This document shows, piece by piece, positions 1-7,300 of a stretch of DNA of 64,000 bases. A program made the position numbers and the translations under genes. The notes under the pieces were generated by a model. The model was not told the DNA's origin, made no database searches, and saw only the letters and a program-made list of their open reading frames with translations. The DNA lies in contig OZ218961.1 in the NCBI GenBank assembly GCA_965112735.1, positions 310,001 to 374,000 on the forward strand. Direction: 5' to 3'. The number at the start of each line of letters is the position of its first letter. Position 1 is the first letter of the stretch. The stretch is from Phaeosaccion multiseriatum (Eukaryota; Protista; Ochrophyta, other classes).

Positions 1-418
1 CGACATCACCGTACCGAGCAGCGGCCCTGAAGAGCTCCCCAGTTAGCTTGAGGCCCTGCCGACCTGTCGCCCAGTTCAAGCACTCCACAGAGCTCACCAC
101 AGACGAAAACGCTGTCTCCACTGCTGGATACAAAGCGGTGTAGCTGGCCTTCCACTCCTTGCTCACACCCGCCACGAAGCAGAAGTGCCCCTTTCCCGAG
201 TGCTCCAAGATGGCACGAAGCAGCTCGAGATTCTCCAGGGCCTCGCGGCAAGCTTCAAAGAGCAGCCCATTCACTGAGGGCGTAGCACTGGCACCCCCAC
301 ATGCTGTTGTTGCCTGAGACCGTCTCAGCTGTCTCAGCCTCCTTCCCTGTGCAGAGTCACGAGGCGCCTCCCCATGCCCCAATGCCGTTCTCCTCCTCCG
401 CTGCAGCCTCGTCTCCAT
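1..418 (-). CDS. Ankyrin-like repeat protein, tandem copy A (5' part only; runs off the window edge)
   Basis: ATG at 418 gives METRLQRRRRTALGHGEAPRDSAQ...EALENLELLRAILEHSGKGHFCFVAGVSKEWKASY...AAARYGDV, near-identical to copy C. Confidence 0.8.
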   Translation of the reverse strand, partial: METRLQRRRRTALGHGEAPRDSAQGRRLRQLRRSQATTACGGASATPSVNGLLFEACREALENLELLRAILEHSGKGHFCFVAGVSKEWKASYTALYPAVETAFSSVVSSVECLNWATGRQGLKLTGELFRAAARYGDV

Positions 419-1465
419 TATTTCGTCGAAATGGGTCTTGGGATAAAGGCGAGTAAGTAAGCAAAATAGGAGGAACTGCTGGTCGGAGCTGATAAGTTGC
501 TGAAGAAGAGGGGGGTGGAAGGAAAGCGGAGCGGAGCAGCGAGACAGAGAGAGAGAGTGTGTGAGCGGCTGTGGAGGAAGGGCAGCAGCAGAGAGACCAG
601 ATGGCCAGCATGATCACATATTAACTCCTCCTAATCCTCTTCCCCCGTCTTGCTCCCCCCTCAAAGAGAGGGGCGGGCAATCTCCGGTAGCAGGCACTTA
701 CCAGCGCCAGCAGAATCCTTTCTTTGTATCAGGCTCACCCCCTTCCTAATGCTGCCTACTTTATTCACGCGTGGGAGGTCTTCTTGCGGCCCGTATATCT
801 TGTATGGAGCTCCGGGCCTGGGCAGGCCCACCATCTGTGAGTCTGGATGTCGAGGCCCTGAGGCAGGCAGTCCAGCCAGCTCCTCAGGAAGCTGCAAGCT
901 TCATCCGTGTGATGCCTTCCCTCGACCAACCCCCCTGGCCACCTTTGACAGCCCTTCGCTGACACACACACACACACACACACACACTGACACACATAAA
1001 TCTTAGGTTCGACCACATTCTCGATAGCAGGTAGCATGCCGGCTGGCGCCGGCAATAGCAGATCGCAGAGAGCACGTCAGGGGTCGATTAGGTTGATTTA
1101 ATTCCTGTAAGTTGCTAAAATAATAAAATTCCTTCCCCTGACTTCCCTCAATCTCAGTCTGGCATGTCTCGCTGCCGAAGTCCTCGTCGAACCATATATA
1201 CGTATTCACTGAAGCCTCCCACCAGCCGAAGGGCGCAAAGTGTCCCGCGAACATGCCACAGACACGATGATGAGGGCACCTCCCTCTGCTGATAGACCGC
1301 TTGTAACAAACATTCACAGCAGCGCCTCGAAGCGCGACAGTCACAGCCGTCCATCCTGCTCTGTACTGACCCACGCTCACCGGAAGCCTCCCCAAACGTA
1401 CGCTAACTGCCCCCCCACCCCTCCCGCCATGTCTCTCTCTCCATCTGTGCGAGCTTGTTCTCCTC

Positions 1466-2413
1466 TCAGTCCTGGCAGTCGCAGGGGTGCCCATTGGCGT
1501 GCACCCACTGCTTGATGTCCTCAAAGGTTTTGCCGTCCATGTCCCATACCTCGCCCTCCCAGTTACGCCCTCCATCATACAATCTGTCCCTGATGATCTG
1601 TGGGCACGACATTGCGTCCCACGGACACTGCACTTCTTCCGATCGGAGCCACTTCAGCACAGCAAGGCTCTTACCACTCAAGACTGCCTCTCTACAGACA
1701 CTCACATCCCAGTCACAGAGGTGGCGAGCATTGGCGTGGAGCAGCTGCAGTACCTCGAGGCGGCCCCCGTGAGCTGCAATAAAAGCCCCATCGCGCCAGT
1801 CGTTATAATCATTCCGTTCCAGCACGGCTCTCGTGGGAGGATGCTCGAGAAGCCATTCCACGACGGGAACATGTCCACCGCCGCATGCATCGTTCCAAGA
1901 GATGGAATCAAAGTCTGCCCCACCGTCGTCCGACAGCAACCACGTGAGCATATCTAAGCGCCCTTTACCTGCAGCTACGGCACACATTTCGCAGCCGTTA
2001 TAGTACCATGGGCACTGCTCCTTGTCGGGAAGGTCCTCTGAGCGCAGCCACTTGAGAACGCTCAGGCCATGCTCTCTGTTACGCACTGTTGCAGTACACA
2101 CATACTCACTCCAGGGACAGTCCTTGCCATGGAGAGCCTTGCAGACCTCGACATCTCCGTACCGAGCAGCGGCCTTGAAGAGCTTGGCATTTGGCACAAG
2201 GCCCTGCCGACACGTCGCCCAGTTCACGCACTCAACTGAGCTGACCACAGATGAGTATGCTGTCTTCACTGCTGGATACAAGGTGGTATAGCTGGCCTTC
2301 CACTCCTTGCTCACACCAGCCACGAAGCAGAAGTGCCACTTTCCCAAGTGCTCCAAGATGGCACGAAGCAGCTCGAGATTCTCCAGGGCCTCGTGGCAAG
2401 CTTCAAAGAGCAT
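1466..2413 (-). CDS. Ankyrin-like repeat protein with F-box-like N-terminus, tandem copy B (start uncertain: ATG 2413 or ATG 2758)
   Basis: Open ORF 1466..2758 with repeated CPW..C..AA..G.L.vL.WL motifs and an N-terminal ELLRAILEHL..HFCFVAGVSKEWK segment. The ATG used by copies A and C is ACG here (2561-2563). Confidence 0.8.
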   Translation of the reverse strand: MLFEACHEALENLELLRAILEHLGKWHFCFVAGVSKEWKASYTTLYPAVKTAYSSVVSSVECVNWATCRQGLVPNAKLFKAAARYGDVEVCKALHGKDCPWSEYVCTATVRNREHGLSVLKWLRSEDLPDKEQCPWYYNGCEMCAVAAGKGRLDMLTWLLSDDGGADFDSISWNDACGGGHVPVVEWLLEHPPTRAVLERNDYNDWRDGAFIAAHGGRLEVLQLLHANARHLCDWDVSVCREAVLSGKSLAVLKWLRSEEVQCPWDAMSCPQIIRDRLYDGGRNWEGEVWDMDGKTFEDIKQWVHANGHPCDCQD

Positions 2414-2671
2414 CCCATTCACTGAGGGCGTAGTACTGGCACCCCCACTTGCTGTTGTTGCCGGAGATCGTCTCAGCCGTCTCAGCCTCCTTCCCTGGGT
2501 AGAGTCATGTTGCGCCTCGCCGTGCCCCAATGCCGTTCTCCTCCGCTGCAGCCTCGTCTCCGTTGTTTCGTCGAAATGGGTCTTGGGATAAATGCGAGGA
2601 AGTAAGCACCCTAGGAGGAAAGGAAGGAGAGGAAGAAGGGGGGAGGGGAAGGAAAGGCGGAGGGGAGAGGG

Positions 2672-2702
<31 letters not shown>

Positions 2703-3541
2703 GGCTGTGGAGGAGGGGCAGCAGCCGAGAGACCAGATGGCCAGCATGATTCATACATCTGTTGTAACTCCTCCCACTCCCCTTCCCCGCAGCTGCTTCC
2801 CCGCAGCTGCTTCCCCGCTTCCCCCGTCGTGCTCCCCCCTCAAGAACAGAGGGGCGGGCTATCTCCGGTAGCAGGCACTCACCAGCGCCAGCAGAATCCT
2901 TTCTTTCTATCAGCCTTACTTTATTCAGGGATATCTTGAACTCCGGGCCTGGGCAGGCCCGCCATCTGTGAGTCTGGATGTCGAGGCCCTGAGCCAGCAA
3001 AGGCCCGGGGAGCTAAGGCCTAACTCATCAATTCCTTCCCACTGACACACATAAATCTTAGGTTCGACCGCTGACGTGTTATTGCTATCGACCACATTCT
3101 CGATAGCAAATAGCACGCCGGCTGGCGCCGGCGATAGCAGATCGCAGATAGCACGTCAGGGGTCGATTAGGTTGATTGATTCCTGTAAGTTGCTAAAATA
3201 ATAAAATGCCCTCCACTGACTTCCCTCAATCTCAGTCTGACACGTCTCGCTGCCGAAGTCCTCGTCGAACCATATATACGTATTCACTGAAGCCTCCCAC
3301 CAGCCGAAGGGCGCAAAGTGTCCCGCGAACATGCCACAGACACGATGATGAGGGCACCTCCCTCTGCTGATAGACCGCTTGTAACAAACATTCACAGCAG
3401 CGCCTCGAAGCGGGACAGTCACAGCCGTCCATCCTGCTCTGTACTGACCCACGCTCACCGGAAGCCTCCCCAAAAGAACGCTAAGCGCCCCTCCACCCCT
3501 CCCCCCATGTCTCTCTCTCCATCTGTGCGAGCTTGCCCCTC

Positions 3542-4639
3542 TCAGTCCTCGCAGTTGCAGGGGTGCCCATTGGCGTGCACCCACTGCTTGATATCCTCAA
3601 AGGTTTTGGCGTCGATGTCCCATTCCACACCGTCGTTATACCGTTCATACACTCCTTCGTCCCTGATGACTTGTGGGCACGACATTGCGCTCCACGGACA
3701 CTGCCCTTCCTCTGATCGGAGCCATTTCAGCACGGCAAGGCTCTTACCATGTACGACTGCATGAAGACAGACCTGAGCATGCCAATCGCAGAGGTGGCGA
3801 GCATTGGCGTGGAGGAACTGCAGTACCTCGAGGCGGCCCTCTCCAGCTGCATACCAAGCCCCATCGCGCCACTTGCCGTCTTCATTTTCTTCCAGCAAGG
3901 CTCTCGTGGGAGGATGCTCGAGAAGCCATTCCACGACGGGAATATGCCCACCGTCACATGCGTCGTTCCAAGAGAAAAAAGCAAAGTCTGCCCCACCGTC
4001 GTCCGACAGCAACCACTTGAGCATATCCAAGTGCCCTTCAAGTGCAGCTTGGCAACACATATAGGAGCCGTTACGGTCCCATGGGCACTGCTCCTTGTCG
4101 GGAAGGTCCTCTGAGCGGAGCCACTTGAGTACGCTCAGGCCATGCTCTCTGTTACTCACTGTTGCAATACACACATACTCACCCCAGGGACAGTCCTTGC
4201 CATGGAGGGCCTTGCAGACCTCGACATCACCGTACCGAGCAGCGGCCCTGAAGTGCTCCCCAGTTAGCTCGAGGCCCTGCCGACCTGTCGCCCAGTTCAA
4301 GCACTCCACAGAGCTCACCACAGACGAAAACGCTGTCTCCACTGCTGGATACAAAGCGGTGTAGCTGGCCTTCCACTCCTTGCTCACACCCGCCACGAAG
4401 CAGAAGTGCCCCTTTCCCGAGTGCTCAAAGATGGCACGAAGCAGCTCGAGATTCTCCAGGGCCTCGTGGCAAGCTTCAAAGAGCAGCCCATTCACTGAGG
4501 GCGTAGCACTGGCACCCCCACATGCTGTTGTTGCCTGAGACCGTCTCAGCCGTCTCAGCCTCCTTCCCTGTGCAGAGTCACGAGGCGCCTCCCCGTGCCC
4601 CAATGCCGTTCTCCCCCTCAGCTGCAGCCTCGTCTCCAT
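3542..4639 (-). CDS. Ankyrin-like repeat protein with F-box-like N-terminus, tandem copy C (365 aa, intronless)
   Basis: ATG at 4639 (METRLQLR...). About 6 degenerate ankyrin-type repeats (CPWDRNGSYMCCQAALEGHLDMLKWL etc.), stop at 3542. Confidence 0.85.
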   Translation of the reverse strand: METRLQLRGRTALGHGEAPRDSAQGRRLRRLRRSQATTACGGASATPSVNGLLFEACHEALENLELLRAIFEHSGKGHFCFVAGVSKEWKASYTALYPAVETAFSSVVSSVECLNWATGRQGLELTGEHFRAAARYGDVEVCKALHGKDCPWGEYVCIATVSNREHGLSVLKWLRSEDLPDKEQCPWDRNGSYMCCQAALEGHLDMLKWLLSDDGGADFAFFSWNDACDGGHIPVVEWLLEHPPTRALLEENEDGKWRDGAWYAAGEGRLEVLQFLHANARHLCDWHAQVCLHAVVHGKSLAVLKWLRSEEGQCPWSAMSCPQVIRDEGVYERYNDGVEWDIDAKTFEDIKQWVHANGHPCNCED

Positions 4640-4763
4640 TGTTTCGTCGAAAAAGGCCTTGGGATAAATGCGAGCAAGTAAGCACCTCCAGTAAGCCCTG
4701 CTGGCCGGGGCAGATAAGTTGCTGAACAAGAATGGAGTGGAAGGAAAGGCGGAGGGGAGAGGT

Positions 4764-4808
<45 letters not shown>

Positions 4809-5628
4809 GCGGCCGTGGAGGAAGGGCAGCAGCAGAGAGGCCAGATGGCCAGCATGATTCATACATCTGTTGCAACTCCTCCCACTCCTCTTCCCCGCAG
4901 CTGCTTCCCCGCTTCCCCCGTCTTGCTCCCCCCTCAAGAACAGAGGGGCGGGCCATCTCCGGTTGCAGGCACTTACCAGCGCCAGCAGAATCCTTTGTTT
5001 CTATCAGCCTCGCCCCCTTCCTTATGCTGCCTACTTTATTCACGCGTGGGAGGTCTTTGCCGGTTCTATGTAGACCTCCGTCTGCCAGACCCGCCATCTG
5101 TGAGTCTGGATGTCGAGGCCCTGAGCCAGCCAGGGGGGGAAAGTGAGTGCGCGCGCAATTTTGGTTTTTCCTCTCTACATCATTGACAGGTAAACAAAGA
5201 TGTGATGGGCCAGGGAGGGGGAGGGGAAGAAGCAGTCTGCCTTTTCGCAGCATGGAACGAGCTCAAGTAAGCTCAAAGATCTCAGGAGGAGAGGGATGGG
5301 TACGAGGTGAAGGATCTGTAAGCAGACAATGGCACGGAGCTGATCAGCAAAGAGGACGAAGGCTAAGCTCAATGCTCAAGGCATCAAGACGCATCTCACG
5401 GACCCGCCCCTACTACTACTGCGTGGAACAAAATGGGCTGAACGAGGCGCGGCACACGATGCTGAGGAAGATGGCGATAGGGCTACTGGTAGAGGCCAAA
5501 CTATCGGACTTCCTCCAGCTCATCTCGGCCCTCCTCCTTTGTCCTTCTGTTCCGCCTCACCTCCCGGCTGCTGCCGCTCGCCCTCCCCCTTTCCCCGTAT
5601 CATATTCAGATCCCATCCTCCTACTGGA

Positions 5629-6316
5629 ATGGCTATTGAAAGGCTCCTAGTCATTCATGGCGGCGAGCTTGCGAAGGATGTCGCTGAGCAAATCGAAAGG
5701 GCGGCCACTGCTGTCAACGTGGAATGCGCGCTCCAGTGTTGTAGTGAGAGACCGAAGAAGCTCGCGACTGATGTTCCGGCAACGACGCTCGCAGTGTTTG
5801 TAATGCAAACGATTGAAAATGCGCAGCCTACAGAAGAAGTACGTACAACAACGCAAAAGAAAAGACACTACCCTCGCTCTTTTTTCTTATTCCTCTCTTT
5901 CTTCTTCTTCCTCCTCCTCCTCTCTCTCTATCTCTCTCTCTCTCTCTCTTTCTCACTCACCAATACAACACCACACCTTCTCTATGCTTTTGTTTTAGGG
6001 TGGCGCGACACTGCGTTTTTTCAAGCGAAAGACGCATCCCAGCGACATGCTCAGCAGCAACAGTAGCAACCCCGACGGCTTACAGTACACGGTTTTAGGT
6101 GTGGGCGATTCCAACTTGCTCTTGGACCGACAGACGACAGGGGCAGCGGACTGCAACCAAGTCGCCCAGGAATTAGACCGACGGCTTGAGCAGCTGGGAG
6201 CAACCCGCCGGTATCCCCTCGGGCTGGACGACGAACGGGCAGGCCTGACCCAAGTCGAAGGGTGGATATCGGGCCTTTTGGAAAGTGTCCGCACTACTCT
6301 ACCCCCTAGCGGATGA
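5629..6316 (+). CDS. Stand-alone flavodoxin-like domain protein (exons 5629-5838, 5999-6316; 175 aa)
   Basis: A GT-AG intron joins ...VFVMQTIENAQPTEE|GGATLRFF... and YTVLGVGDSN...ELDRRLEQLGATRRYPLGLDDERAGLTQVEGW, typical of the FMN domain of diflavin reductases (MTRR/NDOR1/CPR). Confidence 0.85.
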
Positions 6317-6979
6317 GGAGAAGTACTACAGAGACGTAAAGCGTCGCAATTTTGGTCAACCAAAGAGTGTCCTGAACTAAAGCTCGTAATCTTTAGCTCT
6401 TAAGCTGTGGTGCCTTTAAATTTTAAAAAGTACAAGCCTCACCATTCAGACAAGCTTTCCTCTTTTCGCCCTATCAACGTGAAATGACGGCCAAACGCGG
6501 GGAGGGCTCGCTATGTACCATTCAATGTTCAGCTTTTGGAGCTTTTCTTCTGAGCTATCACTATTGCCGGCGTCAGTCCGCACGCCATCAGCTACCCCCC
6601 CCCCCCCCCCCTCGACCCCCCCCCCTCAGCTTCTACAGATGGATATGATTGAGCTAGCCTCCTAGTCATTGGGGGGTCAGGCGGCGCCATTTGGGCCATC
6701 TCACGCTATCAGCTAGAGACGCGTGCCAATAGCGCAGCTACCGGCGACAGCTCAATAGCGCATCAGGGGTCGACGAACCAACTTCTCCACCCTGTCCCTC
6801 TGCAGCCTCTCTCAGACCCCACAGCGAATGCAATTCTGGTATAAAACGGACGAGAGCACTGGCTGGTGGGTTTGGTTGGAGTACCAACGCGTGATGTATG
6901 CTCTCTCGCTCTACAACTCCACCCGCCATAATCCCATAGTCCTGTGCACAAGGACCTCGCTCGATTAGAGTGAGTGATC

Positions 6980-7044
6980 TGTGAGGGCCAGGCCACCGCC
7001 ATTTGTGAGGGCCAGGCCACCGCCATTTGTGAGGGCCAGGCCAC
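6980..7044. repeat. 24-bp minisatellite, ~2.7 copies (TGTGAGGGCCAGGCCACCGCCATT)
   Basis: Directly visible tandem copies at 6980, 7004 and 7028. Confidence 0.9.
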
Positions 7045-7300
7045 GGCTCACCGCCAAGTCAGCGCCTTGTGTGCTGGAAGCGCACACGTGCGAGGAGGGA
7101 AGCCCCTCCTGCTGCTTAGTGCGTGAAGGAATCTCATAAGAACTTGGGGGGGGGGTTGGTGTGTGTGGGACAGGAGTGTGAGGGACGGAGTGCGTGAGTA
7201 AGTCGTGAGTGATGGGACACCCAATCAATTTATTCAATTACAAGAAAGAGGTGGATTGAAAAGCAAGTTGAGCCAAAGCAAGCCAGAATTCCATCCCTTA

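Larger units (their letters stand above)
1..5130. repeat. Tandem segmental duplication, ~2.1-kb unit, at least 3 copies
   Basis: Stop-to-stop period 2076 bp (1466 vs 3542). 1141-1396 and 3219-3474 differ at only 3 positions. The shared upstream block ends near GATGTCGAGGCCCTGAG (~862, ~2993, ~5125). Confidence 0.95.

Noticed and set aside
1003-1465. Conserved 'ORF' (CYKRSISRGRCPHH...) and TGATGA...CTGA boxes in the ankyrin 3' flank
   Set aside because: Conservation is explained by the recent duplication. There is no independent start, no recognisable domain, and no terminal stem or rRNA guide.
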